Shown: positions 1-10,700, numbered from the stretch's first letter. The stretch: 64,000 nucleotides of DNA from a virus (IMGVR_UViG_3300025389_000014:48190-112189), one strand, 5' to 3'. Program-made: numbers and translations. Notes: generated by a model from the letters alone, not told the origin.

Positions 1-586
1 TGCTCAATACCGCTAGACTAAAGCTAGCATTAGCAGTTAATCCGCTGGCATCAGTGAAACTCACTGTATAAGCCTGTGAAGGACTTGCGGCCGAGGTAGT
101 TCCACTGACTACTATGTTAGCAGAGTTATATAGATAGTAGTTGCTATCTACTGAGTTTAATTGTTTTAGTGTGGTAAATGTTGATGTAAAACTCAATCCT
201 GCCGGCAGGCTAGGACTTATAGTTACGTTATAACCAACGAATGTTCCAGATGTATTATAGCTGGTAGCTACTGCTGATCCACCATAGATGCTGACAGGAG
301 TAAAATTCGCGGCCTGCCCCTGTGTAACTGTCTGGCTAGGCACTAGTACCGTAGTAGTTAGTCCAGGAACAGTCGGCGGTTGTGTGCTGGTGCCTGGAAT
401 GTAGGGATTAGTTAAACCGTGATCTGATGCAGACGGGGCATAGTTACTCCATACCAAACTTAGTGTTTTAGTAAGTTTGGTTAACCCGCTGACACTGCTG
501 ACTACGATATCACCAGTGCTGGTACTGTATTGTTTTAAGGTGGTACTAGGGGTCGAACTAGGGTGAGGATAATAATAAATTGCCAT
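1..586 (-). CDS. Virion structural/fibre protein, 5' part only (runs off the window), with a possible Ig-like segment
   Basis: Not in the ORF track. ATG at 586 follows the stop of the upstream ORF and the frame stays open to the window edge: MAIYYYPHPSSTPSTTLKQY...ISPSLPAGLSFTS...YTVSFTDASG. It is Ser/Thr-rich, and LPAGLSF is typical of Ig-like repeats. Confidence 0.7.
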   Translation of the reverse strand, partial: MAIYYYPHPSSTPSTTLKQYSTSTGDIVVSSVSGLTKLTKTLSLVWSNYAPSASDHGLTNPYIPGTSTQPPTVPGLTTTVLVPSQTVTQGQAANFTPVSIYGGSAVATSYNTSGTFVGYNVTISPSLPAGLSFTSTFTTLKQLNSVDSNYYLYNSANIVVSGTTSAASPSQAYTVSFTDASGLTANASFSLAVLS

Positions 587-589
587 GGT

Positions 590-1093
590 TTATCCTAGGC
601 TTACCGGGGTTATATCAAAAAATTGCACTAGTCCATTTCCTTGATCAAGCATCATATAAATGTGGTTTGGAGTACCACCAAAACTACCATCGTCAAAATA
701 AGTGTCTCCTGTTTCTACATATCCGCCTTGTACTGTGGGAGCGAATACTATTCCTGGGTCTATATTAAGATAGTTAGCTACCGCTACAAATCTAGAATTG
801 GTCCAAGCAACCGGAGCTCGAGTAGACTGTACAGATCCGTCTGCAAAGGTAATACTGCCGGTAGATATCGCATCATAGTTGATTTCTACAGGAAATGCCT
901 CAGATGCTCCAATTTTAATTCCGGACAAGCTAAGATTGCCACCAACATATAGATCTTTGCCAATGCCTGCACCACCTGCTACAGTCAAGGCGCCGGTCGT
1001 GGTAGAAGAAGCGTTGCTAGTTGATAGTATTGTAGCCGTGGTAGAAACCACGAGGCCATTTTTGACTAAAAAGTCAACTGAATTTAACGACAT
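590..1093 (-). CDS. Small fibre-type virion protein (start revised to MSLNSVDFLVKNGLVV)
   Basis: The tracked ORF 590..1189 overlaps a terminator and promoter, so ATG 1093, downstream of TAAATA (1132-1137), is the more likely start. It contains the STTTGALTVAGGAGIG motif and a DFxVxxGLVV N-terminus shared with 1199..4576. Confidence 0.7.
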   Translation of the reverse strand: MSLNSVDFLVKNGLVVSTTATILSTSNASSTTTGALTVAGGAGIGKDLYVGGNLSLSGIKIGASEAFPVEINYDAISTGSITFADGSVQSTRAPVAWTNSRFVAVANYLNIDPGIVFAPTVQGGYVETGDTYFDDGSFGGTPNHIYMMLDQGNGLVQFFDITPVSLG

Positions 1094-1131
1094 TCTCGCC
1101 AGCTTCCCTTTCCACTTAACGATGTTAGTAC

Positions 1132-1137
1132 TATTTA
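1132..1137 (-). promoter_or_regulatory. T4-like late promoter core TAAATA
   Basis: gcTAAATAg on the minus strand just after a terminator; the same core recurs before many late genes. Confidence 0.6.
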
Positions 1138-1160
1138 GCAGAACTGTAATATATAAAAGA

Positions 1161-1184
1161 AAACAGGGCCCGAAGGCCCTGTTT
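1161..1184 (-). terminator. Rho-independent terminator with UUCG loop
   Basis: Minus strand AAACAGGGCC-TTCG-GGCCCTGTTT followed by TCTTTT, directly after the stop of 1199..4576. Confidence 0.85.
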
Positions 1185-1198
1185 ATCATCTAGTTGTA

Positions 1199-4100
1199 TT
1201 AACAGTAGCTTTCGGCTGATGTTAATATGCTTTGGCGTACTATCTGGATGGTTCCTGTTAGAGAAGCAGCCGGAGTGAATTTCAATTCTATATTACTTCC
1301 ACTAAAGTCACTATCAAATGTACCTAGTGCAGATCCTGTAGTGTAGATTATACCATATTCGCTGATATAGATATTAGTCTGATCTTGTACCAACATGATT
1401 TCTTCGATATGTATACCACCGCTGGTATATATTTGTACTAGATATTTGGCGCTGGTATAGAGTGTTTTATCCCAAGTATCTATAACGACCGCAGATGCTT
1501 GGCTAGCGACCTTGACGGTTCTAGCAGCCTGCATGTTATTGAGTAAGTAGAAACCATCTATCGAACCAGAATCACCAGTGCCAGGACTATTGCCGTTTAG
1601 ATTACTGATAGCACTGTCATAGCTACCAGTTCCACCAAAATCACCAGCACTAATAACTCCGCCAGCTTTGATGTTCTTGGCAGCACTGATGCTTCCTTGT
1701 GTTCCAATGCTAGCATCTTGTACTGATTTGCCTGGGAATGTACCATCATCTGTGTTAGTAACATAGATGTGACCTGTTGCAGTAGTAGTACCATTTATAG
1801 ATACATTTTGTAAATAGGCTGTACCTGTTGATACGATGTCTAAGAAAGTACCAGTGCTTCCAGTTATCTTATCAACACCAGTTAGACTATTACCTTGTAC
1901 ATACAATGTACCATCGACGAATACATCACTGTTGAATGTAGCAGTCTGATTAAATTTTGATGTAGCACCAACATACAGTGTGTTAGTAGCTGTTACTGTA
2001 GCCAGATAGGCTGTACCGGTTGATACGATATCTTGGAATGTACCAGTACTTCCAGTGATCTTATCTACACCAGTTAGGCTATGACCTTGTACATACAGTG
2101 TACCATCTACATAAACATCACTGTTAAATGTGGCAGTTGATCCAACATATAGTGTATTAGTAGCTGTTACTGTAGCTAGATAGGCTGTACCAGTTGATAC
2201 TATGTCAACGAATGTACCAGTTGATCCAGTAATTTTATCGATGCCTGTTAGGCTCGTACCTTTGACATACAGTGTACCGTCAACATATAGATCGCTCTGT
2301 ACTGTTAAATTGCCAGCAACTGTACCAGTAGTTCCAACATATAGATCTTTGGCAATCCCAACACCGCCAGCAACAGATACAGCACCGCCTGTAGAAGTTG
2401 TTAGTGTAGGTGCTGTTGATGTAGCTTCGAATACTGGTGCACTGACATAACCACTGCCGCCTAGTGTTACATTAGTACCATCATAGGCTAAATTTGAGTT
2501 GCTTACTAGATTGTTGCTACCATCGATATAGGCGATAGCATTTTGCGTGGCATAGTTTAATGTAACTGAACCGCTGGTATCAACTGTAATATTGTAACCA
2601 ACATATAGACTGCCATTGCCGTCGGTTGCACCAACTGACAGCGTGCCTGTACCAGAATCATATAGTAGATTAGCGTCATCTACTAGCCAAGATCCGTTGT
2701 GAAATGTAACACGACCACTTGTTAAATTAGTAGGATCGACATATCCACCTTGTACTGTTCCGCTGCCTGTGATGTTGTTGGCACCGGTGATATCACCGCC
2801 GGTCATAGTGATACTACCGCCACTACCACTGATATTAAGTTCAGTTCCAACTGTTAGCGTGCCTGAACCATCATAGGTCAATCCTGAGCTATCAGCTAGG
2901 GTGCCCATACCGTCTGAATTGTAAACTACACCGCCATTTGTTGTTAATGCTGTATCTTTGATACCAGTGACTGTTAGGGTAGTTCCGTCAAACTGTAAAT
3001 TTGAACTGAATGTTGTTGTGCTGGTAGCAGATTGATAAGGAATATCATACCGTACTCCGCCTGCTATGTTAGTAGCTGTACCTGAATAGTTAGCAAAATT
3101 AACTGACTGAGAACCTGCTGAAACCCAAGTAGCTGTTGTACCCGACCATGTTAACACCTGACTGTCAGCAGTTCCAGCTGGAATAAATGCTGTTACACCA
3201 TTAGCTGACTGGATTGGAATGTAACCTTGTGCGCCACCATTTAGATTGTTGGCCTGTGTAACAGTACCGTGGATGGTATTTCCAACCCATAGTTCTCCAG
3301 CGATGCCTACTCCGCCTGCGACAACTAAATCACCACTGCCTGTATTACTAGCACTTGTGCCACCTACTAGATTTAATGAAGCTGCCTTGATGCCGGCATA
3401 ATCATGACTTACAAACGAACCATTGGTCTCTGTACCGTTTCTATAAAATTCAAACTCGTGGGTATCGGCCGCTAATACGAATGCGGCGTTGAGGTCACCT
3501 ATACCATTTTGATAATAATGGAAGCGTAGTCCTATGTCTTTCTGGTCATCAAATGTCCAGACCCCACTAACACCAGTACTAGTAGAGTGTAGCTCGATTA
3601 GGTTGTCTGTATATACTGTGTTTGTACTATAAACATAAGTAGTCTGACCATTGAAGAATACATCATTTTGGAATACTGCTGTTCCCTGTACCCGTAGGCC
3701 GTTATTAATACCAACGCCGCCTGCTACATATAATGCGTTTGCGGTCAAAGTACCTGTGCTGGATCCTGCTCCCATCACAACTAAATTCTTGCTGATGTAC
3801 TCGCCGCCCGATAGTTTTAATGAAGCCGCTCCTGATAAGGAATCAGCCGCTGTTGTATCTGTTAGAGTTGTTACACCTGCTACATTCAGTGTTGAATTTA
3901 GAGTAGTTCCTGCGCCAACATATAGAGCTCCAGTCAGTGTGCTTGCACCTACGACTGCTAAAGTACCCTGTGTCGCTACATTACCAGTAGCACCATCTAC
4001 TGTGAATAAGTTGTTGTTAACGCTTAATGTGCCAGTTGAGTGGAGTGTTCCTTGTATACCAGCATTACCTGCAGAATATACATTACCAGTAGCACCATCT

Positions 4101-4576
4101 ACAGTGAATAGATTGTTGTTGACACTTAGGGTACCGGTTGAATTAAGAGTGCCCTGTATTCCGGCATTACCTTGAGAATATATATTACCCGTAGCACCAT
4201 CTACAGTGAATAGATTGTTGTTGACACTTAGGGTACCGGTTGAATTAAGAGTGCCCTGTATTCCGGCATTACCTTGAGAATATAGATTGCCGGTAGCGCC
4301 GTTTACTGTGAATAGGTTGTTGTTAACACTGAAAGTACCTGTTGAATTTAATGCACCTTGGATACCAGTATTACCTTGTACAAATAACGTACTGTGTAAT
4401 ATGCCTGGACCCCAAATGCTAGCAGTACTGCCAATAACAACGTTTTGTGCAAATGCCGCTCCGCCACGAACGCTCAGCGTCCCTGCGGCTGATGAACTAG
4501 TAGTTGCAAGGTTCGTACCTTGTACGACCAGTCCAGATGCTACTACGAAATCCTGTGTTATCGATGTTAGTGCCAC
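1199..4576 (-). CDS. Long fibre-like virion protein (1125 aa) with internal tandem repeats
   Basis: GTG start with GGAGA RBS. Gly/Thr/Ser-rich, with 34 aa and ~60 aa repeats, and a C-terminal SAKYLVQI...EYG domain shared with 4626..5591. Confidence 0.75.
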   Translation of the reverse strand: MALTSITQDFVVASGLVVQGTNLATTSSSAAGTLSVRGGAAFAQNVVIGSTASIWGPGILHSTLFVQGNTGIQGALNSTGTFSVNNNLFTVNGATGNLYSQGNAGIQGTLNSTGTLSVNNNLFTVDGATGNIYSQGNAGIQGTLNSTGTLSVNNNLFTVDGATGNVYSAGNAGIQGTLHSTGTLSVNNNLFTVDGATGNVATQGTLAVVGASTLTGALYVGAGTTLNSTLNVAGVTTLTDTTAADSLSGAASLKLSGGEYISKNLVVMGAGSSTGTLTANALYVAGGVGINNGLRVQGTAVFQNDVFFNGQTTYVYSTNTVYTDNLIELHSTSTGVSGVWTFDDQKDIGLRFHYYQNGIGDLNAAFVLAADTHEFEFYRNGTETNGSFVSHDYAGIKAASLNLVGGTSASNTGSGDLVVAGGVGIAGELWVGNTIHGTVTQANNLNGGAQGYIPIQSANGVTAFIPAGTADSQVLTWSGTTATWVSAGSQSVNFANYSGTATNIAGGVRYDIPYQSATSTTTFSSNLQFDGTTLTVTGIKDTALTTNGGVVYNSDGMGTLADSSGLTYDGSGTLTVGTELNISGSGGSITMTGGDITGANNITGSGTVQGGYVDPTNLTSGRVTFHNGSWLVDDANLLYDSGTGTLSVGATDGNGSLYVGYNITVDTSGSVTLNYATQNAIAYIDGSNNLVSNSNLAYDGTNVTLGGSGYVSAPVFEATSTAPTLTTSTGGAVSVAGGVGIAKDLYVGTTGTVAGNLTVQSDLYVDGTLYVKGTSLTGIDKITGSTGTFVDIVSTGTAYLATVTATNTLYVGSTATFNSDVYVDGTLYVQGHSLTGVDKITGSTGTFQDIVSTGTAYLATVTATNTLYVGATSKFNQTATFNSDVFVDGTLYVQGNSLTGVDKITGSTGTFLDIVSTGTAYLQNVSINGTTTATGHIYVTNTDDGTFPGKSVQDASIGTQGSISAAKNIKAGGVISAGDFGGTGSYDSAISNLNGNSPGTGDSGSIDGFYLLNNMQAARTVKVASQASAVVIDTWDKTLYTSAKYLVQIYTSGGIHIEEIMLVQDQTNIYISEYGIIYTTGSALGTFDSDFSGSNIELKFTPAASLTGTIQIVRQSILTSAESYC
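1815..2295 (-). repeat. Three ~60 aa coding repeats (DVYVDGTLYVQG.SLTGVDKITGSTGTF.DIVSTGTAYL)
   Basis: Visible in both the translation and the DNA; boundaries are approximate. Confidence 0.85.
3980..4380 (-). repeat. Four 102 bp (34 aa) tandem coding repeats
   Basis: GNAGIQGTLNSTGTLSVNNNLFTVDGATGN.YS units. DNA 4089-4182 is repeated identically at 4191-4284. Confidence 0.9.
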
Positions 4577-4625
4577 GTTGTATTCTCCAAGTTACCTGTT
4601 AGTGTTTTTTACTGCTACTGCTATA

Positions 4626-5591
4626 TTACATCGCTAGTGCTGTTCTCAACACCACTATTTCTTTGTTAGTCGCTTCGTATGGAGTAAAATACAATTTTAC
4701 AGTATTATCTACGATGTCCAGTCCTGCTGAAAAATCTCCCATTATGCCGTTAGATGTCAGCGTTCCATATTCTGTAGCGTATACTGTTCCGGAATTATCT
4801 AATAATAATAGAATTTCGATAACCTGGAATTTTGCTAATGCTCCTATTCCAACTTCTTCGATCTGTACCAGATATTTAGAACTTCTGTACTGTGTAATCA
4901 GGTACGTATCGATAACAGTTGTTGCTGTTGTATTTACCAAAACCAACGTAGAATCTAGTATAGCGTCAGCGATTTTTAACTGCTGTGCTGTTACGGTTCC
5001 ACCAATATTGGTATCTCCGCTTATGCCAACTCCGCCTGAGACTACTAATGCTCCTGTAGTAGTCGAAGTGCTAGAGGCTGTATTGGTTAGGCTGATACCA
5101 CCCTGTGCAACGAATCCTCCTGCGACTGTTACAGAACTGGTACTGGTATTTAGGAAACTGATAGGATTGGTGGTACTGCCCCCACGACCAGTGATAGACT
5201 GTAGTGTTGAAGTATTTGATACGATTACACTGTTGGTACCAGTGATGATAGCGGTATCTGTACCGGCCTGTATGATCTGACCAATAGTGCCTGTAGTGAT
5301 GATCTGTGCACCTCCTACTGTGGCTGTAGAACTGCCTACATTCAGGCTGCCACCAATGTTAGTATTTCCGCCAACACCTACTCCGCCTGTCACGGTCAAT
5401 GCACCAGAATTGGTGCTGGTACTGTTGGTAGTAGTGGTGATAGAAGCGGCCTGTGTAGCTGTAAAATTGCCCACTGTGGTTCCGCTGTTTCCTTGGCTGA
5501 TAGCCCAACCGTGACCATTCCATATATAGATTTTAGTACCAAATGAATATGTTTCGCCTACGTAGGGGTTAGTTGGAAATCCTAGTGCCAT
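4626..5591 (-). CDS. Fibre-type virion protein (321 aa)
   Basis: N-terminal FPTNP..G..Y......WNG.GW motif, two STSTxxGAL.V.GGVG motifs and a C-terminal YRSSKYLVQI...TEYG domain. Confidence 0.7.
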   Translation of the reverse strand: MALGFPTNPYVGETYSFGTKIYIWNGHGWAISQGNSGTTVGNFTATQAASITTTTNSTSTNSGALTVTGGVGVGGNTNIGGSLNVGSSTATVGGAQIITTGTIGQIIQAGTDTAIITGTNSVIVSNTSTLQSITGRGGSTTNPISFLNTSTSSVTVAGGFVAQGGISLTNTASSTSTTTGALVVSGGVGISGDTNIGGTVTAQQLKIADAILDSTLVLVNTTATTVIDTYLITQYRSSKYLVQIEEVGIGALAKFQVIEILLLLDNSGTVYATEYGTLTSNGIMGDFSAGLDIVDNTVKLYFTPYEATNKEIVVLRTALAM

Positions 5592-5601
5592 GTCGTTCTC
5601 T

Positions 5602-7332
5602 CTATAAAATAGCTATCTGCAGCCAGTAACTCTGACCACCGTCGTTGATATATTGATATTCTGCTTGACTAAGAATATCTATCCAGAAATCTCCAGGATT
5701 TGGAGTGATTCCGTTTAATACTGTGTAGTCGCCTACTAAGACTCTAGGAGTATATAGGAGACCATTTAGTGTAGGATTACCATCGGCACTATAAACACTG
5801 CCTGCAACTCCTACACCTCCCCGTACAATAACATCGCCTGTGGTTGTACTGGTACTAGCTACGCCGCCTATGGTCCTAAATATTGGAGCTGTAAAACTTG
5901 TGTTAGTAGCACTGTAATAGACTCCTACGTCTGCATCTACAGGACTGTATGTTCCGCCTTTGGTTTCTACCAATGCCGCATAGTAGGTCATGGTAGATGT
6001 GGTATCGTGCACCAAGATGTTGTCTGCCTGTGTGGCTGTGCTGGATAAAACGCTGATGCCAGAAAGTGAACTTAATAGGCTATCTCCAGAGATATTGCCA
6101 TGGATGACTCCTCCCACCCAGAGGTCTTTGCTGATACCCTGACCACCGTTGACCACTAACGCACCTGTGTTAGTTCCATAACTCTGTAGGCCCAGTCCCA
6201 CTGTGGCGTTGCCATTGAGCGTGATATGATTGATACCGTCATAGTAGTAACTGGCACCTATACTGGTCTGATTGTCTAGGCCGTTTTGATAATAATCACC
6301 ATTGATGATGATGTTGCCGCTACCGTTTAGAAGGTTATAGGCTGCATCATGTCCTATTAAGACATTATAGCTACCTGTGGTTAGATACTGTCCAGCACGT
6401 GGTCCTAACAGGAGATTCTGACGACCATCCAATAGATTCTGTCCTGCAAACGATCCAAAGGCAGTGTTTTCATCGTAGTACAGTACTCGTCCCACTGTTC
6501 CGCTGTTTACGTATATAGGCAGACTTCTTGAGTCAACAGGAGTACCTAATATATTATCTGAAAAAATAGAAAAAGTATTTGGACCTAGCCTGTTTATCCA
6601 AAAATCTGTATTGTTTAGGCTCACTGGTCCTTGTGTTAGTCCCAATATGTTTATCACAGTTCCTGTGCTGAGACCATGATTAGCCACCGTGACCACAGCA
6701 GGAGATGCCCTAGATATATCAATGATATTTCCCACAGGCCAAGTATTTAGATTGCCTAGATTCTCTAGTGCACCTTGCCCTATGGCTATTTCGTTGGTTA
6801 GAAGTGTTCCAGAATTAAGTGCCAGATATCCTATACCTATGGAATTGTTAGATGATCCAATTCCACCTAATACGCTGTATCCTATGGCGATACTTTCTTG
6901 ACCTGTATTAGCATCATCGGGGATACCGTGTGCCACTCCACGAATCACTAGATTGTTGATGCCCTGGTATCCTTGTCCGATGGTTAGCCCATTGACAAAA
7001 ATATCCTGCGTGGTAGCGATACCGCCTATAACCTGTAGAGCTCCTGTATTTGTGCTGGTGCTGAGTGCGCCGCCTAAGACTAATACCGTGCCTGTACCTG
7101 TACCTAGCAATTTGATAGACTGATCAGGTGTGGAGGAATATATGGTACCAGAATTCATTTCTAGATTACCTAGACTGCTTCTATAGGTAGTGACTAGATT
7201 ACCGTCTGTTACAACTGTATAACCTGTACTGGTTGTAGGTGTGGGCGGCAGTTGTGGTTGGGCATCTTTCAGTTTGATAAACTGCCCACTTCCACCTGAT
7301 CTCAGTAACGACCCGCTTAATAAACCTGGCAT
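5602..7332 (-). CDS. Fibre-type virion protein (576 aa)
   Basis: GAL.V.GG motifs, adhesin-head-like SIAIG/NIGIG repeats, an ASPAVVTVANHGL module and a C-terminal PGDFWID motif. Confidence 0.7.
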   Translation of the reverse strand: MPGLLSGSLLRSGGSGQFIKLKDAQPQLPPTPTTSTGYTVVTDGNLVTTYRSSLGNLEMNSGTIYSSTPDQSIKLLGTGTGTVLVLGGALSTSTNTGALQVIGGIATTQDIFVNGLTIGQGYQGINNLVIRGVAHGIPDDANTGQESIAIGYSVLGGIGSSNNSIGIGYLALNSGTLLTNEIAIGQGALENLGNLNTWPVGNIIDISRASPAVVTVANHGLSTGTVINILGLTQGPVSLNNTDFWINRLGPNTFSIFSDNILGTPVDSRSLPIYVNSGTVGRVLYYDENTAFGSFAGQNLLDGRQNLLLGPRAGQYLTTGSYNVLIGHDAAYNLLNGSGNIIINGDYYQNGLDNQTSIGASYYYDGINHITLNGNATVGLGLQSYGTNTGALVVNGGQGISKDLWVGGVIHGNISGDSLLSSLSGISVLSSTATQADNILVHDTTSTMTYYAALVETKGGTYSPVDADVGVYYSATNTSFTAPIFRTIGGVASTSTTTGDVIVRGGVGVAGSVYSADGNPTLNGLLYTPRVLVGDYTVLNGITPNPGDFWIDILSQAEYQYINDGGQSYWLQIAIL

Positions 7333-7344
7333 TATTTTATCCTA

Positions 7345-7728
7345 TCATTGATTAGCAGTTTGTAAAATACTCATGACCAACTGTAGATTGTGTTCTTGAT
7401 CTGCATAGGCCACGATCTTATCTAATTCTTCTACGACTAATTTGCCAGATAGAGGAGTACCTGCATCGCTACTTGGGATAGCATAATTTACCACTAATGG
7501 ACTGTAGGTATTTCCCGGTTGACCTCCATTGCCCTGTGCATCTGCTAGGATAGGTCTGTTTCTATAGTGGCTGAAACTGACATAGTGTGTATCTGTAGCT
7601 AGATTAGAAATCTGTGCCATTAAGACGATGGCCGTAGTTCCGATCGGTGCTGTATAAACTGTGGCTGTGGTATTTGTAGTCAATACCGCAGTTTTAGTTA
7701 AAAATTTATTTAATGGTAACTGTGCCAT
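7345..7728 (-). CDS. Small virion protein (127 aa)
   Basis: AAGGA RBS. The beta-rich TVYTAP...TAIVL..QISN motif is typical of small structural proteins next to phage spikes. Confidence 0.65.
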   Translation of the reverse strand: MAQLPLNKFLTKTAVLTTNTTATVYTAPIGTTAIVLMAQISNLATDTHYVSFSHYRNRPILADAQGNGGQPGNTYSPLVVNYAIPSSDAGTPLSGKLVVEELDKIVAYADQEHNLQLVMSILQTANQ

Positions 7729-7740
7729 ATCTTTTCCTTA

Positions 7741-10700
7741 TTATTCGATAGCCAATATGAACGGTGTCATGTTGGCATATAAACTCTGTACAAATGTCCT
7801 TCCACTCAATACTCCTGTAGCCTGGCTGATAACCAGACCAGTACCAATACGGAAATCACCGTTTTGGTCAGTTGATGTGAAGAACACCTTACCACTATTT
7901 AACGAGATAGTTTCATGACCCTGTATAGGATCTGCTATTCCTCTCTGTGGTAATGCCCCGTAGTTACTGCCAGCGCCTACATATTCAAACACATATCCGC
8001 TAGCTGAGATATAACTGCGCTCATAGAAATTAACCGTGCTACCATCTGGAAATAGGCTGGTGTCTGTCACAGCTTCGCCCAGTTCTACCACATGATAAGT
8101 TCCAGGACGGCTCCAATAGCTGAGTCCGCTATAGACAGAATTATAATTACCACCCGATTCTAAATCATAGAGTAACTGCTGTAGTATCAACTTAACATCT
8201 CGGGCACATTTAGCAGTTTGGCTGTCAGACATGCTTCCTGCCAATATGCTAGCATAGTTCTGATTGACATAGGCGACGATTTCGTTGGCCAAGAAATCTA
8301 TATTGGCTTTTATTAGAGTTACGGCTGATCCAGCTCCACTAGGTATAGTTCCCGATGTGGTTATCAATCCGCTAGGTACCACAGACTGTGCGGCTGCTAG
8401 ATTAGCGGCTCCTATTATGCTGGTCATGTAATTAAACCGTAGATCGATAAAACTCTGTGCTCCAGACCCACCAGTTACATTAAGATTAATAAACTGACCC
8501 GATGTCAACCAACCTCCTACGGGTGCAGTATTAGCGATCACAGCATCCACCGCTGTTTTCAAATATTCGATGCTGACTATGTGTGCTGAAATCTGATTTA
8601 TACTGGGACCTTGATACTGTGGATTAGTATTGGCGCTGAGTATATTCTGTCCAGGAGCGTATGGCTGGACGGCTACACTGCTGGTCTGTACTGTGTAATA
8701 GGCATGTCCGCAGAAATATAGAGTAAAATATGTGTTGTTAGTTGGATCGCCACCACCGCTGGTCAGAGCCTGTGTGAGACTGATACTGTTGTAATTTACA
8801 TCACTGACTGTGGTTCCTGGAGGAATATAATATATTCCGTTGGCATCTTTTTCACTGCCAAACTGATCTCGGATGTAGACTGTGTTGCCTATGTATACAT
8901 CTGTGGTATCTATATTGACCAATTCTATAGTACCTGTGGTCAGTGTGCTGGTGCTGGGCTGTGCATTTAAGAAACCATTAAATCCTTGATTGTTAACATA
9001 GGTCTCTGGAGGAATGATCTCCATGACCTGACCAATGTGCGGACGATTGCTGGTGTCTGGTACGAATACTTCTACCAACCCACCGGACCCCGGAAAATAA
9101 CCATTAGGGTAATAAGGGTCTAGTTCCGCATTGAAAGGATAAGCACGATTGACGGGATTGAAAACCGTACCACTGAAATCTCTAGGTCCATAGCCCTTGG
9201 CTACTAGACAGAGATCTCCAAAGTTGGCATTACTGTTTACGATGCTGGCCTTGCCGCCATTATCGCACTGTACACCAACTGAACAGAAAATAGTAAACAC
9301 AGAAACCAACTGTGCATAGCCGTTATTGGTAATATGCACACCGTAACCGCCTTGATTGACCTGTGTATAAGCGTCATAGACGAATGACTGTATAGGTGAT
9401 CTATCTGAGATCACAGCGCCATCTACTAGGCTGCCACCCATACTGCCAAACTTGTCTACCTTGCGTTGATTCCATGTATTTCTTGATCCTGTATACTGAT
9501 AGCTGAGATCTTCTACCTGACCATCCTGAAGAGGAAAAACGTAAATGTTGCCAAAATACAGTGTGGCATTGGTACCAAATCCCACAGTGGCCGTGCTGAG
9601 TCCCACGGTTATGGTTCCGTCTGTGTTGGTGTTGATAGCTGTGACGGTAGGCGCTATTTTTACATCACTGCCATTTAGGCCTGTGAGGCTGAATAATCCA
9701 CCACCTGCATACGGAGGAGGTGCCTGTTCAGGTCCGTTGCTGATAATGTCTGTGATGATCTTGAAATTACGCTGTATAGCTTCTTGAGGCATGTAGGCAT
9801 TGCCGCCATCAAAGAATGGATTTATTACCTGTGTGGCCACTGTGCCAGTGACTGGTGTTACAGGTGTGTTAGCAATGATCTGCAGAGCTATGTCTCTAGC
9901 GTAGTTTAGGGCCTGTGTAGTGGTCGATTCCTGACCTGCTATATAGTTGTAACCGGCATTCCAATAACTGTTGCCTGCTTCTAGACTCTTTTGATTTCCG
10001 CCTAGCAGTATGTCTTGGCTGACTGCATCTATGATCAGTCCTGTGTCTCGATAGCACTTGTCTTGATCGTAATTAAACGATCCTGGATTATAGGTCTGAT
10101 CTAGATGAGCGATAACCTCAGCCGCTATAAACTCTCGATTGGCTTTGAGTATATTCCAAGCGTTAACTGTAGATGCCGACGAACTAGGTGTGATAGGCAT
10201 AGGACTCAAAGGTCCAGCTACTCCGGGACCATTGCCAATGATGTTGGTTATTATACCCAGATAGCTTGCCACCATGTCGGCATCACCGCCTGCTCCTACC
10301 GGTAATCCAAGAACTGGTTTAATTGATCGTTGTAGAGGTTGGTAATCATTTCCCTGTATCAGAGCACGAGCCACTGATCCTATGAAGGTAAATGCGTCTA
10401 CTGTGGCCGGTATTTCGTTGGGAATTACTGTGTCATTGTTGGTGTTAGCATAATAGCTGAGACCGCTCTGTATGGCCTGTCTATTTCCTCCGTAGAGTAG
10501 ATCAAATGCCACACTTTCTACTATGTAACCAACATCTCGAGCGCACTTAGACGCGTCAAATGACAGGCTAGGAAAATCAGATAATACACTGGCTACTACT
10601 TCTAAGGCCAAATATCCTGTGTTGGCCAACAGTAAATTGACTGTGTTTCTCACACTCGGAAGGTCGCTGGCAGAGCCGTTGGGTATGACCATGTCTGTTA

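Noticed and set aside
1815-4380. Tandem DNA repeats as a CRISPR array or DGR template/variable pair
   Set aside because: They are in-frame coding repeats with no unique spacers, differences are not adenine-specific, and there is no reverse transcriptase in the window.
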